From Octopus sinensis (Eukaryota), in assembly GCF_006345805.1 (NCBI RefSeq), contig NC_043006.1, forward strand, positions 89,342,001 through 89,406,000: DNA of 64,000 nt, given 5' to 3'. The notes under the pieces are model-generated. The model worked only from the letters and a program-made list of their open reading frames with translations, was not told the DNA's origin and did no database searches. The position numbers and the translations under genes are program-made. Shown here piece by piece: positions 52,250-64,000 of the stretch (positions are counted from its first letter, which is position 1; each line of letters opens with the position of its first letter).

Positions 52250-54172
52250 TTTTACTTTTAAACCGCATCTTTGTTACAGTCACTTGCCAAAACACACACA
52301 GCGTCCTGGGGTGAGAGAATGAAAAGAGATGTTACAGTATGCCACTGATGGGTTGTTGCTTGGTCTACATCAGCATTTCGACTTTGAAGTATATACTGTC
52401 CATGCAGAGACTTCTACTCCACTGCTCCTCAGTTTCTTTCTGCCAGTTATTATTATTATTATTTTTATTTGCATCTTCTTTCAATTCTGTTTCCATTTTT
52501 TTGCCGAGTGTCTTCCTGACACCTAGGGCAGAGAAACGTACTGTATACATTGGTAGGCCATTAAAACAAGCACACCAGATTGTTCATTTACAGAGTTGTG
52601 TAATAGAGAAAAAGGGGAAGAGAGACAGAGAGAGAAAGGAAAAAATAAAAAATAGAAAAGTAAACAAATAAAATAAAGTGAAGGAGGAGAGAAAATTTAC
52701 AGCAAAAATGCTCTTCTCAATATGTGTGATGCACCAGTTAAGACAATCCTTTGCACTTCCTGCATGGATGGCAAGCCAGGGATCATTTGTAAATAATTTT
52801 CAATTTCTTTTTTGATCATTCCGGGTGCTCCCACAATCACTGGTATTGTAACTGTCTTGAGATGCCACATCTTTTTGATTTCAATCAGGAAATCTTTATA
52901 TTTTCTGAACTTATCAAATTCTTTTGCTGAGATATTATGGTCACAGGGTATGCTCATGTCAATCAAAAAACAGACTTTATTGCTTTTGTCTTTCACAACA
53001 ATATCTGGTTTATTTGCCTTGACGGTTCAATCTGTACATACTGGAAAGTCCCAAAAAATTGTTACATTTTTCTCCCTCAGAGTGGTGCTAGTACCTTTTG
53101 TCAGCAGTTTTGATTTTATAATGCCGACACATTTTTTAATGTAGATATTAGCCAACGCTGTCATGTCTTGATTTGTACTCCACAGGTGCTAAAACCTTAC
53201 ATCCAGAGATTAGGGGGTCGACTGTTTCTATTCCATCGGGTTTACACCATTTTGCATCACATTGGCTTGATAGTTTCTGATCAATAAGCTCTGATCTTGG
53301 GCAGCTAAGATAAAGTCTTCACTCTCTGCCTTTAGCCCTGAGCTCCATAGCCACTGATAGGTGTGCTTTTGACCTACACCAGCTTGTTTGCTATGAATCA
53401 CATATTTGCCATGCAGAAGTTTTTGTTCCCACCTATCAGCCAATTGTTCAAGCGCGTTTTTCTTTGCTATTGATTTCACCTTTGCAACTGCAGTTGCTGC
53501 ACTTCCATCATGCTGTTCAACCTGGGTATTATGCATGAACTCACTTGAAAATTTTTTTCTCTTCTTCATAACAGAATGAAGCGTCTTATGTCTTTAATGG
53601 TTTTCAACGAACTTTGGCATCCAGTTGTTAGATGTTTCAAGATATTTTACTAGTCCAATTGTCGTGGTTTTGTAGATTTCAAATTGGATCAAGCCTCAAC
53701 CTCCTTGAGCTCTGGGTAGGTAAAGACGATCTGTGTTTACCTCTGGGTGGTGCATCTCATTGCAAGTCAGCAGCTTATGGATTTTCCTGTCAATCTTCCT
53801 TATTTCACTCGTATTCCAGTTCAACACATTGAAACTACAAATAACAAGAACTGCTAAGGAATTTATAGCTAACACCTTGTTGCATGCATTTAACTCAGAT
53901 TTTAGGACTGCGTGAACTCTGCTGTAACATTCCTTCCTGATCTTCTCTTTCATACTTGCATGTTGAATGCTTGAGTCTTCATTTATCCTGAGGTATTTGT
54001 AAGTTTGTTCCTGCTCCAGTTCTTTTATGAATGTGTCAACATCCAACACTACTGAATGTGAGGTCTTCAGTTTCCCTATCTGGAAAGTGGCTTTGGCACA
54101 TTTATAAAGACCAAATTCCAATCAAGTGTCATCACTGAATGCTTTCACAGTATGTAGTAGTCCTTCAAGCTC
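52250..54172 (-). mobile_element. 5'-truncated R4/Dong-type LINE with restriction-like endonuclease, decayed
   Basis: MEFGL.KCA, YKYL, LKSELNA.NK..AIN, MHHP..DRLYLPR..GG, FILAAQDQSL, KPDIVVKD..CFLIDMSIP, KYKD..IEIKKMW..TIPVIVGA.G. The 3' end runs into (TAA)n. Confidence 0.88.
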
Positions 54173-55544
54173 TTCCTCCTCCTCCTCATCATCATCATCA
54201 CCATCATCATCATTTAATACAGTTTGATTCAGTCCCATATAATTTAAAGTTTTATAGGCTTCTTACAGAAACCTAGTTTGTTAGACCCAGTTAGCTGAAT
54301 GGCGTGATGTAGGCAGTCCAAGATAGCTACCCCTAACTGGGCTGCTATTGGTCAAGACAGGTCACATGGTGTTATTGGAAGTGAGATTGACATTCCTGCA
54401 GCACCAAATGCCTTAAAACAGAATTTCTTGGACCTTATGGCTGGACAGGAAGCTGGTGGCATCCTGCTGTCTAACCACTCTTTGAAAGGATTATTTTTAC
54501 TTTTAGAATCTAGCATGGCTTTCACTTGATGTGTTTAGTTACATAAAAACGTATGAGGGTAAATGTGGAGCTTAGAAGTCATAATCAGTATTTATTCATA
54601 AGGTTAAATGTTGTTGTTATGTAGTATAGGGTGGCAGTGTCTTGGCTGCAGTGATCCCTTGGTTACTGGCACAAGCAAAAAGATATAGACAAACTACTGC
54701 AACATGAATAGACTATCAGACAAAATGAAGTGGTCTCTCAGTTGATGAAATGAGGGCAGCTGAATGAAAAAGAAGCTAAATTGAACTATGTTCATCATTT
54801 CTAATCCATAGAAGAGAGTTCCTATAGACCAAGCAACAACTCTAAAGGAAGAAAGAAGAAAGATTCTGAACCCCCTTTTTCTCCTTTTCAACAATTATCT
54901 TCTCATTTCATTTCAAAGAAATTGCATTAGCCCTTCATAGCTTTTTTCAAGACTTCTCTCTTGTATGTCTTTTTTAAATATTATTTCTTTATGTTTACTG
55001 AAAAGAGTTTTTTTCACTTGAAATGACAGCATCAAAATAGCTGCATAAATAGTCTCAAACAATCTCAGAATTGCATAAATAACAAGTTGGAAAGTCTTGG
55101 AAATTTGGGTTTATACAAAAGAAATTGAAATACTCATGAAATGTAAATAATTGCAAATTATTTCCATGACAACATCAGACTGGGAAAAATTCAAGTTTAT
55201 ATAAGAAAAAAATAATAAGAAACAAGAGAAAGTGTGAAAAAAGAAGAAAATATTTAAAAAAAAAAAAAGAAACCCCAAAATAGAGTGGAAAATATTTCAA
55301 TTTTGATCTACAGTGAAATATGCTATAGTTTTCTCATTAAATTAATATCATAATTTATGTATATTCGATATGTTTCTCTTTTTTTTTTAATATTTGATAA
55401 ATATAAAATATTTGAGTTGTAATAGCTGAATATTAGAGATCGTATGAGCAATTGAGTTTTATTATTTCAATATTTAGCCAGTTTATATGTACATTTGTTT
55501 TGTAATAACAAAATATGAAATATGCTTTCTAAAAATTTGTGATA

Positions 55545-55775
55545 TATATATAATGTATATGTGTGTGTGTGTATATGCATGTATGTATATGTATACATTC
55601 ATATATGTGTGTGTATGTATATATATACATATATGTGAATATACATATATGTATGTATACATGAGTGCGTATGTGTATATAGATGTATATATATATATGT
55701 ATGTATATGTATAAATGCATCTATTTATATATGTGTGTGTGTGCGTGTGTGTGTATGTGTATGTATACACATACA
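55545..55775. repeat. Degenerate (TA)/(TG) microsatellite
   Basis: Direct reading. Confidence 0.9.
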
Positions 55776-56364
55776 GAAATGTCATTTACATTGCAATATA
55801 TTCATAACTGGAATATACTGTATATTTGAGTGATAATATTTTCTTACTAGTTACAAATTTTTTTTATTGTTATACCACTTCATATTTGATAAATTTTGTA
55901 TATTTGATGCTTTCCTATATGATACAATTTTCTATATATGTGGTCTTTACACAATAGATATTTTCCAAATATGCATGTATGGTGATATCTTTGTATTCAG
56001 TGTTTTAGAGTAATATTTCACATACAGTGTGTTTTGGACATAACATATTTCTGTTATATTTGCTCTCATTATCTCAGAAGAAAATATTATTATATTCGGT
56101 ATGTAGTTTATTTTTTGGGGCTTTCCATGAAGTAAGATCTGAACACATAACTAAAAAAACCTCATTAGGGAGTTTGGGTCCCTTTAGGCTTTTAATGCTT
56201 TTGTATTTTACTAGATGCATTCAACTACAAGTCTAATAACAGTATTTAGAATTTCAAACTAAATGCTAACTACTTTCATAAACCATCTGTCAGGGCCATG
56301 GAGTATTGCCATTCTTCCTTAAATCAAGTACTTCTTTGTGAAAAAAGAAAAAAAGATAACAGCT

Positions 56365-56520
56365 ATAGCTGTGTGGTTAAGGAGCTCCCATTACAACTAT
56401 GTGGTTTTGGGTTCAGTTCCATTGCACAGTACCCTGAACAAATGCCTTCTACTATAGCCTTGGGTCACCCAATGCCTTGTGAAAGAATCTGGTGGATAGA
56501 ATCTGTATGGAAGCCCATTG
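56365..56520 (+). mobile_element. tRNA-derived SINE head, degenerate
   Basis: GCTGTGTGGTTAAG...GGGTTCAGTTCC...CTTCTACTATAGCC...GAAGCCC, same family as 58985-59140. Confidence 0.7.
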
Positions 56521-56583
56521 TACATGTATGTATGTATGTATGTATGTATGTATGTATGTATGCCTGTATGTATGCATGCATGC

Positions 56584-56815
56584 ATGTCTCATAAGTGACC
56601 TGACATTTATGAGGCTCTCATAAGTGCTACTGGTAACATGGAATCCAGTACAATCTGTTGCATGGTTGGGTTGCTGGCGACGAAACTGGCACCACCACCA
56701 GACTATCCTGGTGCAGAGGGTTGCTAGAAACCCATTAGGATTAAAAACAAGACCTGTTGAAAGGTCGGATGAACCTAGTGCAGGCTCAACGGCTATCTAG
56801 CAATAGCACGAGTAC
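56584..56815 (+). repeat. Dispersed ~235-bp repeat, second copy at 60374-60617; probably a LINE 5' region
   Basis: ATGTCTCATAAGTGACCTGACA..ATGAGGCTCTCATAAGTGCTACTGG...CTATCTAGCAATAGCA occurs at both sites. Confidence 0.85.
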
Positions 56816-57199
56816 GCAGAAATTCCGGGATGGTGTCCGGCATGCTGAAAGACCACTGGGAGTGAGGTACCCCTCAGCTCCTCAAGAAGCATGTCTCTAG
56901 GAGAAGGTCCTTCTGATATAAAGCTAGATATGCAGGGAATGGACATTTTGGGGATCTTTGGTAAGTGCTAGAGATCATGGGGCACCCACATCCCTGAGCC
57001 TGTGACTCATATTGGCACCAGATATCTTGCTCCGACTTGTCTCTGGATAATGTCAATAAAATGGAGAGGGTCTATGAGGTGTCATGCAACCCATATTGGA
57101 CCTAAAATTCTGCACAGGCATTGCTGACCTCTGCTTGATATGTGCCTTTTTTTCCCCAATATATATTTATTTTATTTCTAGTATATATGTATTCTTTTA

Positions 57200-57400
57200 C
57201 TCTTTTACTTGTTTCAGTCATTTGACTGTGGCCATGCTGGAGCACTGCCTTTTTTAATCGAGAAATCGACCTCAGAACTTATTCTTTGTAAGCCTAGTAC
57301 TTATTCTATCGTACTCTTTCACCGAACTGCTAAGTTTCGGGGATGTAAACACAACAGCATCGGTTGTCAAGCAATGGTGGGGGGACAAACATAGACACAA
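57200..57400 (-). mobile_element. 3' half of a SINE whose tRNA head is probably 58985-59140
   Basis: TTGTTTCAGTCATTTGACTGTGGCCATGCTGGAGCAC...GGGGGACAAACA. The same two halves occur adjacent, separated only by a microsatellite, at about 310-725 and 27145-27490. Confidence 0.7.
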
Positions 57401-58905
57401 TATTTATGTAAGTAGTATTGGATAAATTAATTTATTTATTTTTCTTTATATGTCTATAAATTTATTGATAGCGTAAATTTTAGATTTTAATCACTATATT
57501 TGTTGATAATAATTTAGTTATTATTCTTAAATATTTTATAATTATTAGATGTGTACTTAAATCTTAAATATGAATAATGATTATTTAGTTAAATAATTTG
57601 GTAATTAAATTTTTGGACTATAACTGAGTTAAGGATATTTGTGAGTTTATTATGTTTTTTTAAGCCATATTATATATTCATAGATATCTCTAATAGTGAC
57701 TTTGTTCTATTATAGCTTAAATATAGCCATTTCCATTGATAATTTGTATTAGTATTTTTCATTGATAAAATATATTCGTAGTTTTCAGTGTTGAAAGAAT
57801 TTTCCATTTGTTTATTATTAGTTTAGTTAATGACACAATTTTTTAAAAGCTAAGTAAACCTTTTTATTAAAGTTATTTTAATAATTTATGTTATTTTGTA
57901 TTATATTCAATACTATATAACTAAGGATTGATAATTTGATTGTATAAGTATTTAGTTGTTGAAGATATGTATTTCATTATTAGATTATAACTATACGGTT
58001 TTTGCAAGTTACTAATTGGCCAACGAGATATATTGATCGTTAAATAGTTATACGGTTTTTTAAAGATAGGTTATACGTTTATAATTTGCTTTTTCATCTT
58101 TAATTTTTTAATATATTTCGTAAATAATAATGGAATAATTAATTTATTTAGTTTTCATTATACGTATATATATTTATTGATAGAGAAAATTTTAGATCTT
58201 AATATTTATTGATAATAATTTAGTTATTATTCTTAAATATTTTATAATTATTAGATTTGAACTTAGATTTAAAAATATGAATAGTGATTACTTTTTTGTT
58301 AAATAATTTGGTAATTAGATATTGACTATAACTTAGATTAGGTTATTCGTGACTTTATTAGGTTTTTATAGCCATTTTATATCTATTTTTACCTTAAAAA
58401 TTAATATTTAACATTATAATTGGATTGTATGAAATAATCCTAATCGTTAAAGTTTCTAATTTGATAATAGGGTTTTTATAAGAAAAATTATTATTTTATT
58501 TATTTCTTAAAAAATATTGTTTAAATATATTTGCTTATCTATTTAACTATTATCTTTAACCTGAAGATTGACTATGATTATAATTCGAATTTTTAATTGA
58601 ATTTAAATTATTGTAATTCGAATTGGGTTATGGCCATGAAACGTATGTAGTGGTTTTACTTATTACATTATATTAAACTTTTTTATACTTTTTGATAGTT
58701 ATAAAAATATATAAATAAATAAATAAATATAAATATTAAAAATGAAAAGTTTAAAAATTTATAAATTTAAAATTTAAAAAATATAAAAAATATAAAAATC
58801 TATAAATATAAATTAAAAATTTTAAATTTAAATAATTTAATTTTAAATTTTGGTTTATGTTTTTCACTGTTTGATTTGCCTAATAGTGGTTTTATCTTTA
58901 ATTTA

Positions 58906-58910
<5 letters not shown>
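57401..58910 (+). mobile_element. Extremely AT-rich insert with an internal diverged direct repeat and a decayed hammerhead; probable non-autonomous PLE derivative
   Basis: 57461-57677 resembles 58173-58385. CTGAAGA-long hairpin-GAAAC-GTAT-GTA at 58561-58649. Ends in (TA)n. Confidence 0.55.
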
Positions 58911-58979
<69 letters not shown>

Positions 58980-58984
58980 TACTA

Positions 58985-59140
58985 CAGGCTTCTTTCAGTT
59001 TCCATCTACTAAATCCACTCACAAGGCTTTGGTTGGCTCGAGGCTATAGTAGAAGACACTTGCCCAAGGTGCCACGCAGTGGGACTGAACCCGGAACCAT
59101 GTGGTTGGTAAGCAAGCTACTTACCGCACAGCCACTCCTA
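58985..59140 (-). mobile_element. tRNA-derived SINE head
   Basis: Minus strand: GTGGCTGTGCGGTAAG (A-box-like)...GGGTTCAGTCCC (B-box-like)...GGCACCTTGGGCAAG. Confidence 0.8.
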
Positions 59141-59244
59141 TGCCTATATCTGTATCTTTACTTTTAGTATCATCATCGTTTAGCATCTGCTTTCCATGCT
59201 AGCATGTATTTATATATTTTTAGCATATTTTAATTTTATTCAGA

Positions 59245-60365
59245 AGTCCTGCAGTGATGGGCAGGTGGTGGAGCATGCAGACCTGACAGGTTGGAAGCAT
59301 GTAATCAGTGACCTACACGTAGGTGGCCCATGCTAGAAGTATAAAGTTGTTACCTTGTCACCCAAGACAGCAGTAGGATTCGGTTGCTGCATGGGTGTCT
59401 GAGCAGCTCCATTTAGAGAGGGTACTGCTCACCCAGAGGCCAGGGAGGTTCTAGAAAAAGTGAACCAAAAATTGCCTGTCTTTCTATATCTGGTCAGTTT
59501 AGTGCAACTGACAGATGTCCACCCTGCGCTCGAAAAACAAAAAGACTTTTTTTAACAAAACCTGGATGGAACTTAGTTGGAATGTGTGCAATCTGTTGGA
59601 TAACAAGAGTGATTGTAGGCCCGAATGATGCACTGCACTTGTTGCTCATGAGCTGAACTGCTATAACATTGATATAGCTGCACTTTCAGAGACTCATATA
59701 GAAGGTGATGGTCAGCTTGAGGAAGTAGGAGGTGGGTACACCTTCTTATGGAAGGGGAGGCAGAAGGCAGAGTGCAGAGAAGCTGGTGTTGGCTTTGCAG
59801 TTCGATTTGATATCATTAAGAAGTTGGAGGAGCTTCCTGTTCCTATAAATGAATGTTTAATGACTCTATGACTGCACCTGAAAGGTGAGTAGTTTGCTAC
59901 TCTAATAAGTGTCTATGCACCTACTTTGACTAGCTGTGATGAAGATAAAACTATTTTCTATACCCAGCTGAGAGCCATACTTAGAAAACTCCCCAACTCT
60001 GATAAAGTCATTCTACTGGGGGATTTCAATGTCAGGGTTGGAACAGACTGGCAAACATAGAACTTTCTAGGATGTTTTGGAGTAAGGAAATTGAATAGCA
60101 ATGGTCTTATGCTGCTGGAGCTTTGCGATGAACATGGACTTTACATTGCAAGCACTCATTTTGTGCACAAAGGTAATCACACAACAATATGGATGCATCC
60201 AAGGCCTAAAGTTTAGCACTTGCTGGATTATGTCATCATCTGCAAGCACGATGTCTATGACATTTGTAATATTAAGTCCTTTCATGGATCGGAATGATGG
60301 ACAGACCAAAGTTTGGTCTGAGCGAATTTCCAGATGGTGATTAGACTGAAAGACAGAAGTGGACC
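59245..60365 (+). pseudogene. RTE/BovB-like LINE 5' portion with a decayed APE endonuclease
   Basis: WNV..LLD, LVAHELNCYNIDIAALSETH, GYTFLWKG, GVGFAV, ISVYAPT, ILLGDFNVRVG, NSNG..LL, LLDYVI. Several stops. Confidence 0.85.
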
Positions 60366-61616
60366 ATGCATGTATGTCTCATAAGTGACCTGACACTTAT
60401 GAGGCTCTCATAAGTGCTACTGGTAACATGGAATCTAGTACAACCTGTTGCATGGTTGGGTTGCTGGTGACTAAACTGGCACCCCCACCAGGCTATCCTG
60501 GTGAGGAGGGTTGCTAGAAATCCAGCAGGTTTAAAAATAAGGTTAAACCTTGTTTTTAAACCTGTTGAAAGGTTGGATGAACCTAGTGCAGGCTCAACAG
60601 CTATCTAGCAATAGCATTCCTTGGTGTCTGAATGTCCACAAGATATATGATGCTGTGGTGAAGAAAGAGCTTTCTGGTGGTGAAGAAAGAGAAAAAATGT
60701 AGTAGTCATTTGTAAGATGTACAATTTTTCAAGAAATGAGAAATATGTGAATATTGGCAGTATTCCATTTCTTAAGGTCTTTTAACCTTATCCTTTATAC
60801 CAAAAGAAAGGTCCTGCTGGTGTTGTTGTCATCTCTGACCACAAGAATATTTGGTTAGTATATTTGAAGAAACCTTATATATAATATATAAATATCAAAT
60901 ATGACATCCATTTCTTCACAGAGCATAGTTTTGATCTGTGGTCCATCATGATTCCACTGTGTCACTCTGCTCAATGAGTGATTAAACAAATATATAATGT
61001 ATTACTTCTTACTTTGTCTGTTCTGGGTTACAGTACTTCTATTACATAATTCATAATGTTACTTATTATCAATTTCCATGCAGCGGACTGTGTTAAACGT
61101 ACACAAGACATGCTGCAGCATTTGAGATATTAATTTACTTACTGAGAGGCAACATTTCATTCAGATGATACTTTGAGAATCCCATTTGACAAACCACATA
61201 TACAGATCTATGTGCTGCAAATTCTTCTGAGTGTCTCTTCATTTGTCATTTTCAGATCAGCCAGAAGCAAATCCGCTCTAGGTTTCCCCAGCAAAGTATA
61301 GCAAATGAGCTTTTCTCATAATTGCATTATCAAAATTAAGAAACTTGATACAGTTACAACATATCAAGAAAATATCAAGAATATTGTACTCCACTCCTAT
61401 ACAAGAACAGTGTGTAACTAGGATTGTCAAGATAGCTACAATTGCCAGGCCTTCTTAACATTACTGAGGATCTCTCCTGGTAAAGACATACCTGACATTA
61501 CAAAGACTCTTCTGCACAAGAAAATATTTCAGTATTTATCAATTGCTAAATCTCTATAAAGTTCAAATGTAACAGAAAGGGGAGAAGTGACCTAAATCTG
61601 GGAAAGTCTTCCTGCT

Positions 61617-62495
61617 TACGAAGTTTGATCAATAAGTATCCAGACTGCTGCGATAGCAATGCAGCTAAAGCACACAGAGTGAAGCTACTTGGCAAAAATT
61701 GACCTTGAACTCTGCTGTATATGTGCACTAAGTTTTAACATTCTACCACACTTCTCTTGCTTAGAGCAGTGCTTGGAAGGAAGGTGTGTAGTATGTGATC
61801 ATCACATTGACTATGACAAAGTTGTCATGGCAATACCTGCTCAGAGGCCTGTGCAGCAGTTCGGATACTTATTGTATGGAGAGGAGTGTATGAGCTACAT
61901 ACAAGTGCATAAGTGATTCAGACATTTTCAAGATGGGAAAAAAAATGATATTGACGAATGTCCTGGGAGACATGCAACCAGCAGAACTGAGAAAAATATT
62001 GCTGATGTGCATGCAGCTGTGAGGGGAAATCGTCGAATCACCATCCGTGAGTTATCAGAGGGTGTGTAGATTAGTTATGGTTCAGTATCACTGAAGATTT
62101 GGGTTTGAGACATATGTCTGCCAAGTTTGTGCCAAAACTGCTTTCAGCTTACCAAAAAGACACTTGGGTTTCAGCTGCACAAGATCTCCTTGATTGTGTC
62201 GAGAATGATAGAAATTTTTTGAAAACTTTGCATAGGCCTCTGAACAGGTATTGCCAAGCATCTGGCAAAATTTAAGGCAAATTCTTTGCTCAGCTTTCTC
62301 TATCATGGTCAATGCGACAATTACATGCTACACACCTTCCTTTCAGGCACTGCTGTAAACAGTGGAAGTGATGTTAAGCTTCAATGCGCATGCACAGCAG
62401 AGTTCATGGTCAATCTGTGCTGAGCAGCTTCACTCTGCATGCTTTAGCTTCTTTACTATGGCAACAGTCTGGATACTTATTGATCAGACTACATA
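61617..62495. mobile_element. Mariner derivative built from two inward-facing 5' ends
   Basis: TIR core TGATCAATAAGTATCCAGACTG at both ends. The plus strand encodes a mariner N-terminal remnant (NRRITIREL, SAKFVPKLL). The minus strand from 62312 gives EQRICLKFC..LG....EAY. Confidence 0.82.
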
Positions 62496-63579
62496 TATTC
62501 ATGCAAACACCTTAGACTGCATCCAAAGAAGGGCCACGACATGGATTGACATGAAGTTGGCTACCAGCACACTCAAAACTCTTCAACTTAAAACCAAAGT
62601 TGAGTTCATATTAGGGAAGCAATTAAGATTAATTGCATTAATTCTAATAATCATGGAGGGCCTGCAAAAACCATTAGTTCATCCCCATTTTCACAAAATC
62701 AAGTTAAAAACAAAAAACCCTATTTACCCCCAATAATATTCTCCCATGGTTCATACAAATATCAAACCTATTCTAGCAGGTTGGTCTGGAAGATCTCCAA
62801 TTTGATATTCTCACTTATATGTCTCTTCTCTTCTTGTCACTCATAGTGTGTCCATTTCTCAGACCCCACACCAATTTCCACACCCACTCATTCCTCCTCT
62901 AAATGTCACTTCCTTGGAAATCCTTCTTTGTACATGTTTATTCTGGCAGCCACTGATATATATATATATTTTTTATGTAATCTTTTAGTCAGGAAGGAAA
63001 GAAATGCCTATGACCTTTTGTAGAGCCAAGTGAGATAGGGGAGGGGGAGGAGAGGGAGAGAGAGAGAGAGAGGAGATATCCTAAAACAGGAGACCCTGGC
63101 ATGAATACTTTGCATATAGGGAGGGTTGTCTGCAGAAGGCTTCAAAACCTCCAAGTACTGGTTTCAACAGTTTAGCATTTAATCCAGTCATGTCCAGTCC
63201 AAATACTCCACTCATTTTATCTTCAAAACAGTCAGATCTCACCTCTCACACTTACCTTACAATGTCGTTCTAAAAATAAGCAATTCCATCATCAAAATAC
63301 AAAGATACAAGATAAGGCAGGATTAATTCAAAATAATGGGAATATTATTTATTCCCATTATTTTGATTTAAAAAAAAGCAATCTGAATGCTAAACAGACA
63401 AAGAGTAGAAGTCATTGAATGGAACACTGACAGCATCACTGTTGTTGCTCATAGAAGACCCAAGAAGACTGTAGGTGTAGTTGTGTTTTGCACACTAAAT
63501 TAATAACCTCTACCCATAAATACCCCAATGAATACCCTTGCAAATTTATCCTGGCATGGAAAACAAAGCAAAACAAAAT

Positions 63580-63932
63580 AAACAAGAGCACTCAGAGAGT
63601 GCAAACCTCCACCAAGGCAACACCAGCATCCTCTCAATGTTTAGCTGGAGATGATTTTTTAAAATGAGAATATCTGAAATAAAGTTGTTTGCTCTCACAA
63701 ACAAGAACGCTAAAAATGACCCAAACGACTCTAAAAAATTAAATGAAAAAAAAAACTGGATCAATCCCCAAATCTAATCAGTGCATGCCAGTCATGAGGC
63801 CAAACATCCCTGAAAGTTTCATCCAAATCCATCCAGTGGTTCTTGAGATGTCTTGTCCACAGACAAACAAACAAACACGACAGAAAACAATACTTCCACC
63901 TTGGAAGTAACAAGTAACAGGGTGGAGGTAAC
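63580..63932 (+). mobile_element. Helentron/HINE-like non-autonomous element
   Basis: Starts AACAAGAG; 5' ACCTCCACC matches the 3' stem-loop TACTTCCACC...GGTGGAGGTA; (ACAA)n lies just upstream of the stem-loop. Confidence 0.5.
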
Positions 63933-64000
63933 AAGTGGGTGCATACCTGCGTGGTTAAGATCACTTTGCAACCATGTGGTTTTGGGTTCAGTTCTAGAAA

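Noticed and set aside
57401-58910. Mitochondrial insertion (NUMT) suggested by extreme AT content
   Set aside because: No recognisable mitochondrial protein, rRNA or tRNA motifs. The hammerhead remnant and TA flank favour a PLE derivative, though only a BLAST search would exclude a NUMT.
62505-62590. LDCIQRRAT..I peptide resembling a Jockey/CR1 RT C-terminus
   Set aside because: Plausible LINE debris, but too short and decayed to delimit as a feature.

Overview
This window is AT-rich, microsatellite-dense eukaryotic (animal) DNA and is dominated by transposable elements. The SINE and LINE repertoire looks like a cephalopod (Octopus-like) genome, which is an inference from recalled repeat families. 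I found no convincing host gene exon, so the window is probably intronic or intergenic. Retroelements: (1) a young 5'-truncated Penelope-like element (PLE; YRDD reverse transcriptase plus GIY-YIG endonuclease, Naiad-like) with an inverted pseudo-LTR, both pLTR copies carrying a minimal type I hammerhead ribozyme; (2) directly abutting it tail-to-tail, a non-coding ~535-bp x3 tandem array with one hammerhead per unit and a terminal inversion (retrozyme/pLTR-like); (3) further PLE remnants and decayed hammerheads; (4) a full-length but pseudogenised Tx1/L1 LINE and an R4/Dong-type LINE sharing a (TAA)n site; (5) RTE LINE fragments, one with a PHD-type C4HC3 finger inserted inside the RT. Also present are three mariner remnants, a non-autonomous Helitron, MITEs, many tRNA-derived SINEs and two near-perfect local tandem duplications. 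The most interesting signal is the hammerhead-bearing cluster at about 18.3-23.6 kb, and the fact that three unrelated hammerhead families here all have an expanded stem II and a palindromic stem III.
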